This document shows positions 11,701-24,480 of a stretch of 64,000 nt of DNA, piece after piece (the first letter of the stretch is position 1; every line of letters begins with the position of its first letter). Position numbers and translations under genes: made by a program. The notes beneath the pieces were generated by a model. The model searched no databases, was not told the origin of the DNA, and worked only from the letters and a program-made list of their open reading frames with translations. This DNA is from Rhizaria sp. SCN 62-66 (Eukaryota): assembly GCA_001724265.1 (NCBI GenBank), contig MEDY01000164.1, forward strand, positions 62,001 to 126,000. Reading direction: 5' to 3'.

Positions 11701-14672
11701 CAGCGCCGCTTGCTTAAAAAGCAGCAACAACAACTGCAGCAGGCTTTGCTTGAGGAGCAGTCTCTGTCACGCTCGGCCTCTGCTGCATTCGGCGTCTCGA
11801 TTGACACTGCAACGATCACCATTGGCGCCAACAATGCAAGTGTGATCAACGGTGTTCTCGCAGCAGAGACTGATGCGACAGCTATCATTAATGCGAACAT
11901 TCGCTTTAACGCCTTTGTCAGCAGCATTCTTACTGCTTCTGGTGTTCCGACTCCATCCAAGGACTCGAACGCTGACACTGCGAACTTGCCCATAACCGAA
12001 ACCAACGCCAGCGCGATTGCGACTGCCGCCGGTGAGGGCAAGGGCAAGAATAGCAAGAAAACACCGAGCCCCGCTGCCAGTTCCACCCTGAGTAGCAGTA
12101 ACAGCAGCAGCAGTGTTCTGCTGGGACACCTGACAACCATCAGCGGCTTAACTTTAACTGAGGACAGTTATAATCCCCGTGTGTACTTTCTCCCGCGGCA
12201 CACGAACGACCTCTGGCAGCCTCTGCTTTTCACGAACAGTGCAAGCAGTAGCAACACCAACAGCTTGAGTGGCTCTAAGACTAGCTCTGTGAGCGGTAGT
12301 AAGCAGCAGTCGGCGCTGAGTTCTCGCACGTCTCGTATCCAACTTACCAAAGGCCACCTGTCGCGCACAAATAGCGTGAATGCGGCCGTGCTCACTCATA
12401 ACAACGCTAGTAATATCACACCGACGAGCTTTAAGGGGCGTTCGATGACTGACACTGAGGTCCCCCCTCTCAGCCCATCTTCTAGCTCACAAGACTATAG
12501 CGCGTACGTGCCATGGTCTGCTTTGGCCGTGCTTTGCGCACAGTCGCTTCCGCCGCGCTCACAGTCAGTTGTCGCCGGTGTCGAGACCGCGATCACGCGC
12601 CAGCCCCTTACACCGCTGGGTCCCTTATATCCGCCTGTTCCGTCAGGCACCAGCATCAACGATGTCTTTGACAACCCCTCATCTGCGAGTGTAAGTGCAA
12701 ATGTAAGTGTAAGTCCCATTGCCAGCTCTACGAGTGGCCCTGTCGTTGCGACTCTAGCAACGCCCACCGTGCCGAGCCTCAACAGCATCACTGTCTCTTT
12801 CACCGTCGCAACGCCGTTGCCGCACGCTATCGTGCGCTCAACCCTGCTCGCGAGCTCTATCGCAGACGCCGCCGTGGCTGAGGCGACCCAGGGCCACGGA
12901 CTGAGGGCCGGGCAGTGCCAGCTGATCGCCGGTTTGCGGACGTACGCCGGCCGCAACCGCCCCCGCTCTCTCACTATGGACTGCAATTCAAGCGCTGTCT
13001 CTAGCTCGAGTAGCTATGCGCGTCGTCTTAGTGACGGCCGCTGCCACTGTGTCCAGGCTCCCGCAAGTAAAAGTCAAGTCGCGACCGCTAACGCCGCTCT
13101 TGCGGAGAGTTGCGCTTTTAGTCAAGCCGTCCCCGGCGCCGCGAGCGATTCTCTGTGGGGCTTGATCGGCCTCTTCCACAACCACGCCGCCTTCACCTGC
13201 GGGCTCCTTCCCCCGCCTCCCCCCATAGTAACCCCCGCAGGCACCGCCCCGCCCGCCGCCGTTGTCGCAGCGCATAATAGCGCGCACGCGGCGGCGGCGG
13301 CGGTGGCGGCGGCCGCGCGCCCCCTCTGGTGCCCGCCGGCGCCGATCACGCTCAAGGGCGCTACGGCCGCCGCGGTGGCGGCCACGGCGGCGGGCGCGGG
13401 CGCGGCGGCGGGCGGCACGGCGGGCGCGGGCGCGGCGGCCGTGGCGGGTGCGGCGACGGCGGCGGATGTCAGGCTAGCGGCGCAGGTGGCGACTCTGTGC
13501 GGTGGCGTGCGCTTCAGTGACCCCAGGGCTGAGTTGCGCGCCGCAGCCGAGGCTACTGCCGCTGCGAATGTCTACAACAACATTCATCTCCTTTCGAGCA
13601 GTGGCACTACCGTGATGACAAACAACACCCGGATTTCGGGTTATGAGACGCTTCGCTCGTTGGTCAAGTCGCGTCTATGCGGCTTGCCTTTGATTTCGCA
13701 CCCGTGCGCGCGTCGCAGCACGGTTTATCCCCAGTTCTGGTCACTTACGGGCATTAGCTACTTCTCAGCGAGCGATATCCTGATGTCGACCCCGCCGTTT
13801 GTGCGCTCCGTGCGTGGCCTGCGCGTTTTGAGCGCTTCTGATGCGGTCAACAACAGCGAGCGCAGTGCGGAGTATGGGCAGTGTGCGGGGGTGGAGGCGG
13901 CTGAAGCGCGGCTGTTGCAGCTAGCGCTCTCTGAACTCGGCATCAACGGCAGCAGCAACAACAGCAGCAGCAACAACAACAACAACAACAACAACAACTC
14001 TAGCACAAACACCTCGAGTGCGATCGTGACTGCCACTGATGGCGGTGTTTTGACGGTGAAACTGGCTCAATCGATGATCAACACCGTGGTTGGACTTGGC
14101 TCTGCATCAATGGCTTACACACTGTTGCCACATCATTTCAAGAACAACAGCAAGAGTTGCGTCAAGTCGAAGAGTGGCAACGCCGCTAACGATGATGGCA
14201 ATAACGGTGATGATGATGATGATGGCGAAGATGACATAGCAGTGGCGCCGTTCATGCCTGTTCCTTGCTTAGGTATCGGTGTTATCAGGGGGGTTGACGT
14301 TGAGCGCGGTTTGGTTTATATCACTGCAGCCGTCCCGGACTCTATTATGGTACGTTTACGACACCTTAAGCCGTTCTACTGTCACAATATGATACGAACT
14401 TGTTCCATAACTTCACTCACTGCATCTCTTCACTTAATATATTGCTTTACTATTCATTTTGTTGTTTTCGCACGTCGATTTAGGCGCGGGTGGATACTCT
14501 GTTGACCGCAGACGCGAACATGGTTGCGGTGCCACCACTGCTCACGCACTCGTCGCTGCCCCCCGGTTTGCTGCCGTACTCACTCACGCTGGACGGCAAG
14601 ATCAAGGTGCAGGGCGCGGGGCAGATGAAGAGCCGCGGTAATATTGCGCGCGTATCGCAACAAGGCAAGTGA
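2778..14672 (+). CDS. NOL9: NOL9/Grc3-type polynucleotide 5'-hydroxyl kinase (Clp1 family), about 3866 aa. Exons 2778-10062, 10223-14349, 14484-14672
   Basis: Walker A TGARNHGKST (~8955), LEADGGQNEYGPSGTVTL (~9234), PLIVNTPGWVTGLG (~9613), C-terminal PCLGIGVIRGVDVERGLVYIT, and an N-terminal beta-rich segment LVPGESFVVCGGVRVQALAG. Two AT-rich GT-AG introns join the three ORFs in frame; stop is TGA. Confidence 0.88.
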
Positions 14673-15243
14673 GTGCTGAGGCCATTATTAGTCTCCGCAC
14701 TTTGTTGTGCCTTTTCCATTTTTAAAGGATCTCACGCATAATGTGATGAGCTGATATCGAACTAAAACTTTGAAGTTACCTAAACTATATGATATATTAG
14801 ATTGCGTTGTAATATAGTGTTTGTATTCATTTGTTAGCCCCGCATATGCGTTTGTTTTCACTCACTGAGACAGCTCTGAAACGCATCAAATTGTATGTAT
14901 ACGAGACCAGATCATGGATTAGCAGAGACAAGTTGGGATATGTCACGTAAAAATATTACACAGATCAAAAACGTTGATTTATGGGCGGATACACAAATCT
15001 TGCGTTGCAACATCGAGCTAGATGTGCACGTTACACATGCACTTGCGTTTGGTTTGTGGTCCACAGCGGGGGTTCGTCCAGCCTGTGAAGAGGAGAGAAA
15101 CGGACTGATCGAAAAATCAATGTTTCCATTCACAAACATCCGTTAATCCTGACAGCACAGAAATGAGCTACAATTCACGCTCTGATTTATTTGAATTTGT
15201 TTTCTACAGTTTCTAAAGTAGACATCGCGACGCTTTGCACGGG

Positions 15244-18200
15244 ATGTCCCATCACTCCCCCGTCTCAACTGCGGGCCATGCGACCTCTTCGCGTTCATAC
15301 GGCTTCCAGCCCGCCACCGACGCCGATGCACACGTTCTCTCCATCTGCGAGCAGGCAATGGACATCCTCCAGCACGAGTACCGCCGCCTGAACCGGACAC
15401 AGATGTTCACGCGCCAGTTCGTGGTTTCCCCGCTGCTGAAGCGGTTCGTCTACACCCAGATCAGCATCGACCTGATCAAGTCCCTGGCCGACTACATCAA
15501 GACCTGGCTCGTGGCCAACTCTGACCTGGAGTTCGTGCTGCGCGACTTTGAGCTGAACGCAAACCGGCCCGACTATGACGAGGACGACGGCATCTACAAC
15601 GACGCCATCCAGCCCATCAATGACCCCGCCGCCGAGGCCTCCGCACGCGCACGCCGCAACGCTGAGGCCGCGGGCGCGCACATGGCGTTCGGCCCCGTGT
15701 CCGCGCACGATTCGACGATGACGGCGCGGCGGCACGCCAACAGGAAGACCGCGCACGCCTTCGTGGCGCGCGTTTTGCACCAGCTCCACCACCCTTTGCA
15801 CGCCGCGCGACGCAGGCACATGATCGTTCGCAAACGGCTCCTCGCGTTGTCTACCGCGGCGCAAACGCTGCCAAAGAAGATGTGGGCGCTGGGCAACGCG
15901 TACTACCGCATGCTGTCGTGGCGCATGTCCGTCACATGTCACCTTGATTCGCCTTCGTCAGTCTACCTCCAAGTACGTGTCGGTGCTTTGCTCAGGAACA
16001 AGAGCCAGGAAACGCTTCGCTCATCTCTTTCGGCTTAAGTGATCTCTACGATATCGACACTCCTTTATCGCGTAGAGAAAAGTGCATCAATTTTAAATAA
16101 CGAGTTATAATTTCACTCGAGTTGTAATCTCACAATGTATACTTTCTTTTTTCTCCTTACTTCTCCTTGCTTCTCCTAGCCCACGTCGCTGAGCAGCATG
16201 CAGTCCTCCCAGGCCGACGAGGCGTACTGGGAGTCGCTCTACCTCTTCTGCGAAAAGACCATTGAGATCATCTACCCCACCTATTGGGTCGTTGTGCGCC
16301 ACGAAATCACGCGTCTTTTCCGCTCACACTTCTTCAACGTTTCGATCAAGCGCCACCGCGCGCGCGCCGGCGCCGCCTCGGGCCCCGGCACCGCCGCGGC
16401 CGCCGCGGCCACCGGTGGCGGCGGCGCCGCGCACTCGCAGTCGTTCCGCGCGCTCTCGACGCAAGCGGCGGCCGCGGCGGCGGCCGCGGCGGCGGCGGCC
16501 ACAGGGGCGTCTAGAGCGGGCGCGGGCGGCGGCACCAGCGGTGTTGGCGTCGTCGGGCTCGGTGGTGCAGGGCTGGGCTGGAACGCGCGGTCTGCTGCGT
16601 TGTCGTCGCTCGGCGCATCGCAGACTACGGCGTCGTCGTCCGTGTACTTGCCGCACATCCCCAACAGCAACAACAGCAGCAACAGTAACGCCAACAGTGA
16701 TCCTGTTAAGGCGGCGGCGGCCGTGGCGGCTGCTGCGGCGGCTGCGGCGGCGGAGGGTGACAGTGACCCGCTAGCAGCCGCAGCGGCCGCCGCTTCAGTT
16801 ATCTCCAACGGCAACAACGGCAACAACAGCGATGACCAGACCTCTCACGAGCACAACGTTGAGAACGAGGACGACGACGACGACGGTGGTTACTATGACG
16901 GCCGCGACGATCCTTCTGGCGCTCTGCTCGGATTCTCCGAGAAGGCTCTAGCTCGCGCCGCCGCCGCCGCCGTCGCTGCGACCTCAGCTGCCGGCTCCAA
17001 CGCCGGCAACAACAACGGCGGCGGCGGCGGCGGCGTTGTGATCGGCGCTAACGGCTGCGTGCGCATGTCTTCGCTGCCGCCGGTGCCTGGCAGTCTGGTC
17101 GCGAAGCAGCAGCGCCAGGCGCAGCGCGAGCGCGATGTTCGACTGGCTGAGGCGGCCACAGCGGCCGCGGCGGCGTCGGCGGCTGCGACGGCGATGGGTG
17201 CGGGTGCGAACCGGGCTCAAGCGCAGGCGCAGGCTCAAGCAGCGCAAAAGCAGCAGCAACAGCAGGCGCAGCGCAAGCAGGACCAGGCTGAGAGCAGCGC
17301 TGATGGCGGGAACGCCAATGTGAGCTCGAACTCTAATGACAACAACAACGGCAACAACAGTAACAGCGCGAATGCGGGTGCAGCTGTGAGTGCTTCGGCA
17401 CCCACTAAGGGCGCTGACAACGCAGCCGTAGCGACCGCGGCTGTCGCCGCCGCCAACCCAGCCGGCGCTGGCAGCAACGGCGTTAGCATCAGTCAAGACT
17501 TACTCTCTGCGGCTGACACATTGGAACTGCACGACTTGTTCCCTGAGCTGTACCCGACCCACCGTGGCCAACCGCTGCACCGGCAGTTTAACACGCAGAC
17601 CTCACTCGACATCCGGTCGCCGATGCTCGACTGCATCCTGCCGTCCTTCTCCACGCTGCGCCAGTACCAGACCACGATGCTCTCCGTGCGCGCACACCGC
17701 CTCCGCATCGAGACCGAGCGACAGGCGCGCGCGGGCGACCTAACTTCGGACCAGGAGGGCGCGCGCAGTGGCGAAGTCGGCCACTACAACACCAAGACTT
17801 CGAATGTGGTGATGGGCGACGAGGTCTTTGGGGAGATCGCGCATAAGTTCCAGGGCAATCTGCGTGCTAATTTGCGTCAGGCTGTTAAGTCGCCGCCTAA
17901 GGCGCGCTTTTACGTTAACGACGTTGTCGCTCCTGGTGATGCTGCGGCGGGACAGAGTCAAAGTCAGGCCGCCGCAGTGTCAATGCTGCCCCGGACCGCC
18001 GCCGGCGTCTCTCGCGCGCACGGTCACTTGGCGAAGTCTGGCGTCGGCAGTATCAGCCATGGCGGCCACAGCCACCACAGCGGCGACCTGAGCGCGCGCG
18101 CGTACGAGGAGGCCGCGGCTCGGCGCGCCGCTGCTGCGCCGTTTTACGCTCAGCGCGCGCGGCCCGTTGGCGAGACGCTCTCCGCAACGGCGTCGTTTGT

Positions 18201-18567
18201 CTCCGCACCAGTGCTGACCATGAAGCTGCGCCACGGCAGCAATGCTAACGCGAACGCTGGAGCGGCTGGTAGTCTCAGCGCCCGCAATGCGGGCGCGAGT
18301 GTAGTCGGCACTGGCGCTGGCGCTGGCGCTGGCGCTGGCTCTGGCAATGGGAGCTGGAGCGGGAACGGACTGCACGCCAGCGGCTGGATCGGCAACGGCA
18401 TGGGCGCTGGCACCGGCAGAGGCTCGCTCACGCAGTCGCAGCTCTCGGGCAGCACTGGCGGCAGCTACTCCGCGCGCGGGCATGGTGGCGACGCGGGCGC
18501 ACATCAGCAGCAACAGAGGGAGAGCTTGGACGAGTTGATTCGCGAGATTGCGTATACGTCTCGCTAA
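15244..18567 (+). CDS. PPP1R36: PPP1R36-like protein (protein phosphatase 1 regulatory subunit 36 family), about 1038 aa. Exons 15244-15972 and 16180-18567
   Basis: DEAYWESLYLFC...RHEITRLFRSHFFN and the downstream LDIRSPMLDCILP resemble PPP1R36 conserved blocks as I recall them. Phase-0 intron GTACGT...CCTAG joins the two ORFs; stop is TAA. Confidence 0.72.
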
Positions 18568-18745
18568 TATTACGAAGGTTTCAACTCCTTAATTCCTTAA
18601 TTGACTTACCTCTTTCCTTCCCAGCCAACTTAGTTGTCGAAATTGAACGTTTTAAAATTACGGGAAATTGCTATTTAGTATCATATGTATTGATGATTTC
18701 GCTTATTTTTATCACTGATGAGTGACGAATGGCATACACAATTGT

Positions 18746-21694
18746 TTACTCATAGTCGTCAAAAGCTTTATCGAGTTGCTCAATGAACTCCTCGTCGGTG
18801 ATGTAATCCTGACTCCATGACGTCTTGGCCATCTCCAACACATACTTGATCCTAAGTAGCACCTGAAGTGGCTCTACTATGAATTGCCCCAACCACTCTT
18901 TCTGGAATGCGTTGAGGATTTTCTTGTTGCCTTCAGATGGCACCCATACACACATCGTGCGCACTAACCGTCCGAGCAACAACCCGACCTCTTTCTGCAC
19001 TTTCCACCCCGCCGCGGGCGCCAGCGCAGCGAGCGCCCGCAGCAGGCCCGCGCGCACAGCGAGTCCCAGGGTCTCCCAGCCGGGCACCATCCAGCTGCTC
19101 AGATCAACCGACAGCACGTTGTTGATGAATCGCACCGCCTGCGCGACGGTTTCGGTGTTGTCAGCGTCCAGGGCCGTGTCGTGCAACAGCGCGAAAACCA
19201 AGCCCAGTGGTGATTGAGACATATCCACGCGGGCCTGCTCCAGACTGGCCGGGATCGAGAACCTATTGGCAGCAAGCGCGGCGAGACTGTCGTGCCACTC
19301 TGCGCCCAAGCGGTTCTGGTCTGGCAGCGCGCCGCGGACAACGCCGACGAGGAACGGCGTCGCTGCAACGGCGCGCATGAGATGCAGCACGTCCCGCGCG
19401 ACGCGGTGGCCGGCGTTCCACACCGCGGGCGAGAGCAGCTGCAGCAGCGCGTTGCCGCCGCCGCGCCGCATGACGGCGTAGATCTCCTCGAGCGGCACTG
19501 TGGGTGAAATCAGTACCTAAGCAAGCTTTTTCCAGCCGTAGAAGCAGGTCCGCGAGAAGAACGCCGGCGGAATATACGGCACCAGCGGGAGCACTGCAAA
19601 TGCGCTGGCCGAGAAGACTTCGGCCATGAGCCACACAAAGGGCATCCGCGGCATGTCAGCTTCCGCTTTCAGCTCATACTTGGGATCCCACGTGTATCGT
19701 TTCTCGCGCCTGTGCGCCGCCACAGCCGCGGCAAACGCGCGTATGTTCTCTTCCGCCGTCTGCGCCGCAGCAGCGACCTTGGCGGCCACCGCAGATAGCA
19801 CGGACTCGTCGCGCACAGCCACGATCGCGCGGTCCGCGGCCGCCTTCCACGCCGCCACGGCCGAGGGGTGGCGCTCCCACAGCGCGGCGTCAAACGCGTT
19901 CTGGGGCAGCAACGCGTCGCTGCTGCGCGGCTTCTCGCAGGGCAGCGCAAGGCCGATATCAAGCATGTTGTTAAAGATAATCATGCAGACCTCTTTGCTC
20001 ATCCGGGCGGCAGCCGCGAGCCGTAGCAAGTCCGCGCTAGGCGCGGCAAGCGTGTCGTTATGCTTCTGCCTCTTTCCCTTTTCCGTAACATCAGCAGCAG
20101 CGGCAGCGGCAGCGAATGCGGTGGCCTGCAGCGTCGGGTCCCCGATCATCGCAGTGTAGGCAAGCGCCACGATGGGCGCCGCGGCCAGCGTGTGGGCGCA
20201 AATGCGGGCGGTCGCGTAGTGCCGCGTCACATACCCGGTCTCCGCCAGAAACACCTGGTAGAGCTGCAGCGGGGAAATCGAGGTTTTCTCGGAAACTATT
20301 GTCACTTTCTGAGCCAGCAACGCCAGCGCGCTGAGCATGTTCGTGTAGACGTTATCTTTGCAGGATAAAGTGCGCAATGCACGCTCAAACAGACGCAGTA
20401 GCTGCATTTCGATGCAACCGTCAAACGAAGTCGGCAAAAGCTCAACTGAGTCATCACAGAGGCGCACTTCAGTTTTTTCAGTTCTAGTTTCAGCAGTTCG
20501 AGTGCCGCTCTCAGTCGCGTTGGTTTTTATGCTATCACTTTGGCATTTTCCGTTGATCTCGTCTGCGCCACAGTCGCCACCATCGTCGTTATCATTGCCG
20601 ACCACGCCTTTGTTGTTGTTGCTCTCGTCATCATACTCGCTCGGTAGCTCGATCGGCACCGGGCTGTTCGCTGTCCACGCCGCAAGGCCCGCATAAGGGC
20701 TATACAGGAACGCGTACCTCACCGCACGCGCAAGCGATTCGATCATCAGCGGGTTAGTCAGCGGCGCTGTTAACAGCGCGGGCAGCAGAGCAGGCGTCAA
20801 TGCACGCGCGAGTCGGGCGCGATACCGGCGCGGGGCCGCCGCTTGCAGCCCGCACAGCGCAATAGCCGCCAGCGCGGCGTCGGTGCGCACAGGTGAATAG
20901 AGCAGCGGCACCAGCGCGGCGCGCGTGGCGGCCACGGCGGCGGGCGTGTCGTAGCAGTGCACGACGCGGCGGCGCAGGAAGCGCAGCACGCGCTTGACGA
21001 GAGCCAGATGCGTGATTTTCTCGGCATTAACGCGGACGGCGGTCGTTATCGCGCTGGTAAGCTCTTCGTCTTCGTTTGTGGTGCTGACGGGCGACGATAG
21101 GTCCTCGCGGTCACCAAGGTGCTCGCAGCACCATTCTTCGTTATTATCATTATCTTGATCACATTCACCGATTGCATCACCCTCACGGGACGCGTCACCC
21201 TCGTTGCCTTCGACGCCTTTGTCGCATTCATCAGCGTTATCGCCAACATTAGCGTCAGGATTAGTGTCAGTGTCTTCGTCAGCACGTTCAACGGCTTGTC
21301 CGCCTTCGTCCGCGCGGCGCTTGGCCAACCGGCCAAGAAGATCTGAAGAGCTATAGATGCGAAGGTGTGTCAGCAGGTCTGTGAAGGCAGCGAGCCGCAA
21401 CAACGCGGCGCGGCGCTCGGATGCGTTGCCCGACTGCAGTTTCGCGATTGGTGGGATTTCAGGGAAAGAGATATCGAGTGATGATAGCAATTGTTCCGAG
21501 GAGAGCGGATAGTCCTTACGATCATCATACAACTGATAATCGAGCATGCGAATGCCTCGAGCGAGTTCAGATATGAAGGAGCGGGCCGGAGAGGAGAGCT
21601 CCAGTCCAATCAGAAGCTTGACATCCCGAGTGATAGCGTGAGCAAGAACCAGGTCGTCAGCTACCGTGGCCATGCTTATGCTAGTGTTTGCCAT
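18746..21694 (-). CDS. Alpha-helical, ARM-repeat-like hypothetical protein, about 982 codons, with one in-frame TAG at 19519-19517 (recoded gene or pseudogene)
   Basis: ORFs 21763-19517 and 19498-18746 share one frame, separated only by TAG GTA CTG ATT TCA CCC ACA. First ATG is at 21694; ends TAA. Leu/Ala-rich helices; GLLRALAALAPAAGWKVQKEVGLLLGRL resembles an ARM repeat. Confidence 0.6.
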
Positions 21695-22122
21695 TGATAC
21701 ACAGCTTGGGATGTGTTTCTTTGAGGTTCTACGGCTTCGCAAAGTTTCGAGGACGAGGCACAAGACAAGACGAAGGACGTTTACTCACTATGAATTTTGT
21801 GATAGAAAGAAACAAACAATATTATAAATGTACAGCAGAAAGTAAAATAGGGGGTATAAATAAAATAATGTATCTGCTGTACATAATCATTGAATACAAT
21901 TGAAACATATTAATATCATTTAATGCGCAATTAACGTGATGTGGCGCCGGTTTCCCAGCCCAAACTATCGATTGTAGTGAGAAAAGTTAGGCCGCATCAC
22001 TGGAAAAGTGCCTCTCCAACTTCATCTTACGAAGTCACCGTGTGTTCACGCCCGCAATTACACCTCTGGTTTCATTATTTCTCACATGTATCGGTTTTTA
22101 ATTTCATTTTATTTATTTAGAC

Positions 22123-23242
22123 ATGGCATTACGCGCACTGACTCTCCAGGAGATCGATGACAAGATCGCTAAGGCATAGGTCGATAAAGCTAACCTTGTC
22201 AAGATTCGGGAGCTCTACTTGGCGACCTTTACGGAGGCTTTAAGGAACAAGGCTCCCACAGAGTTCATCACGAAGGAGCTCACGACGATCTCCGCGTCCA
22301 TGGCTGATGTGCAACAGAAGATCGAGAACCTTGAGAAGGAGAAGCTCAAGCTTCCTGCTCTTAATCCCACCACAGTAATCGCAGCTGAAGGTTCGTATTT
22401 GGGCTCCTGGCTCTTCTTATTGGTAACGAAATTTCGAGTAAATTTGATTATTTATCTCATATCCACCACACCACTCTTTTTCTCCTCCTTTTCTAGAGAT
22501 CTTTGAGCAGGCTCAGTATGCCTTGTTTCTCGTCAAGCATCCCAGCGCCAACATCGTGGACTACGACTGCGGGACTGGTTTTTTCGTGACAGAGGACTAC
22601 GCCGTGACTGCTAAGCACATCTTCCCCGAGGCGCTCAAGGGGCACTTTTTTATCAACTGCAAGTTCCTCATCAGCGGTCACGACCCTGTCCACTTCGACC
22701 TCGCAGTGCACCACATCTCGCCCGACCGTGACTTCGTCGTGCTGCGGCGTCCGACCGAGTTCGAGTTCGAAGCTAATGTGAGTCTGAAACGCATGCTCCT
22801 GGCACCGCGCCCGTTCCCCATCGGCAGTTCTAAACTCGGACAGTGCTACGTCCCTGCGTTCCACCACACCACTGATATCGCCTCTACTGGATTGCATTTG
22901 GAGGCCGCCGCCGTCACACGCCTCGCGGATGATGGCGCTTACTTCACCGCGGAGATGTATCCCGGCGATTCGGGGACCGCTGTCGTGCTCAACAATGGAT
23001 GCGCCATTGGTGTGTTCTTGGGTGTGCGCACCGGGACTCACACCCACTCCATCGAGACACCTGATAGTCCGTCCGAGCGCGTCCTCAAGTCTGGTGATCA
23101 GCAGGTTCTGGAAGAGCTGGACAACCTCTCGGTGGCATCGGTGGCGAACTCGGTGAACAAGAGCAAGCACAACTTCATGCTCTCCATGTCACACATCACC
23201 CCCTACCTCAGCACATCGTCGCTTGCACAACGACTTAAGTGA
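22123..23242 (+). CDS. Trypsin-like (PA clan) serine protease with an N-terminal helical domain, about 337 codons, in-frame TAG at 22177-22179. Exons 22123-22390 and 22497-23242
   Basis: CGTGFFV...AVTAKH (His), DRDFVVL (Asp) and YPGDSGTAV (Ser) form a catalytic triad. Phase-1 intron GTTCGT...TTCTAG joins ORF 22219 to ORF 22523. ATG 22123 is in frame with ORF 22219 across a TAG; stop is TGA. Confidence 0.8.
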
Positions 23243-23671
23243 TTTAAATGTTTTGCTCTGGTGCGCGCAGGTCTCCTATTCCTTTATTTCTTGGTTTTGT
23301 ATCTACCCTGCGCTTGACTTTTGCCAAAATGTTGGTTCGATCGTCGTACAGTAAGATTGGTTTCTTTATTTTAGTGGAACATATGTATGCTGTTGTGCAC
23401 GACAAATGGCATAAACGACTGTGAGACGTGTCTCGGTTAATATTTTTCATTTATCGGAGTTTAGCCAGGAGTTCACCAAGATGACGACACCAAAAACTGT
23501 CGTGTGGTTGGTCAAATTTCGTTAGGTTCTTCAAATGCTGTCCACTTCCTGGAGAGCTTCTTCAAGTTCCTAACAATAACATGTTTCGAAACGAATCAAG
23601 AATCGCGTTTTCCTTTCTGAGTTGTTTTGTATAAGACAGAATTTGCCGCTTTTTCTCTGATGTAGTGCATC

Positions 23672-24366
23672 ATGTGTCGCCTGTGGGAGGCGGTATTGCA
23701 GTGCGCGCGTTTGCCACGACTGCGAAAAAGACTGCAGACAAAGCCGACCCCTCCGCTGCTGCTCCTTCGCCGTCTTTGTCGTCCTCCTACTCATCATGAG
23801 ACGGACGGCACTGACGATGATGGTGACGACTCCGAGTCCTTCTCAGGCCTGGATTTCACGGATCCCTCCCCGAGCGCGCGGACGCTTGCTTACGAGAGAG
23901 CGTTGCTCCCGTTCCGCGCCAAAGCCCGCGCACTTCAAATGCCTCAGCGTTGAACTCGGCATTGAGGTGCTGACTCGCACAGGGGCCGGCATAGGGTCTC
24001 TGGAGCGCGATCCGGCGCTTCGGCATCTCTCGAACTGGAAACTGAGGGAGATCGGATCGGGGCTGAGCACAACGCAGTCAGGGAAGAGTCTCAAAACAAG
24101 CTCGTTGAGTGGCTCCGGGCCGACCCAATCCCGGCCGAGCGCTTCATGTATCGCGACATCCAAGAGTCGCCGAGAGGGTGCGCAATGAAGAGAAGCGTCA
24201 ACAGCTCGAGGATGTCATGATAAGCCACCCTGATGGTTAGCACCCGCTTTGGTGTCTAAGTGGATTTCCACGGTGCGTGCGAGCTATGCGTAATGAAGGA
24301 CGACTTGGAGGGTGGTGCAGAGCAACGTGCATTGATAAGACTGTCTGCGCGCTGAGTAAGAAATAA
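23672..24366 (+). pseudogene. Possible degraded coding fragment of unknown identity
   Basis: Coding-like GC content between AT-rich flanks. Protein-like stretches switch between frames (TDDDGDDSESF...ERALLPF; ELGIEVLTR...LSNWKLREIG; QNKLVEWLRADP; RNEEKRQQLEDVM). No recognised motif. Confidence 0.3.
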
Positions 24367-24480
24367 AAATGTGTTTTCTATGTAAAAAGTTTTTTTGTTT
24401 CCGTCCGGCATCATCGTTTTATTTGATGACTTATCTGAAAGGCACTCGGTTACGACTTGACATGTGTGACCGCACAAAGG

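Noticed and set aside
2050-14755. Identical 14-mer TGTGATGAGCTGAT at 2050 and 14742, resembling snoRNA C and D boxes
   Set aside because: The boxes are adjacent with no guide region, the first copy is antisense to its host intron, and a chance match is plausible.
19498-19516. 19-nt GT...AG segment (GTACTGATTTCACCCACAG) right after the TAG, as a micro-intron
   Set aside because: Removing it leaves the TAG in place and shifts the frame; all other introns are over 100 nt.
23330-23345. GGTTCGATC as the T-loop of a possible suppressor tRNA
   Set aside because: No cloverleaf stems around it; I found no tRNA in the window.
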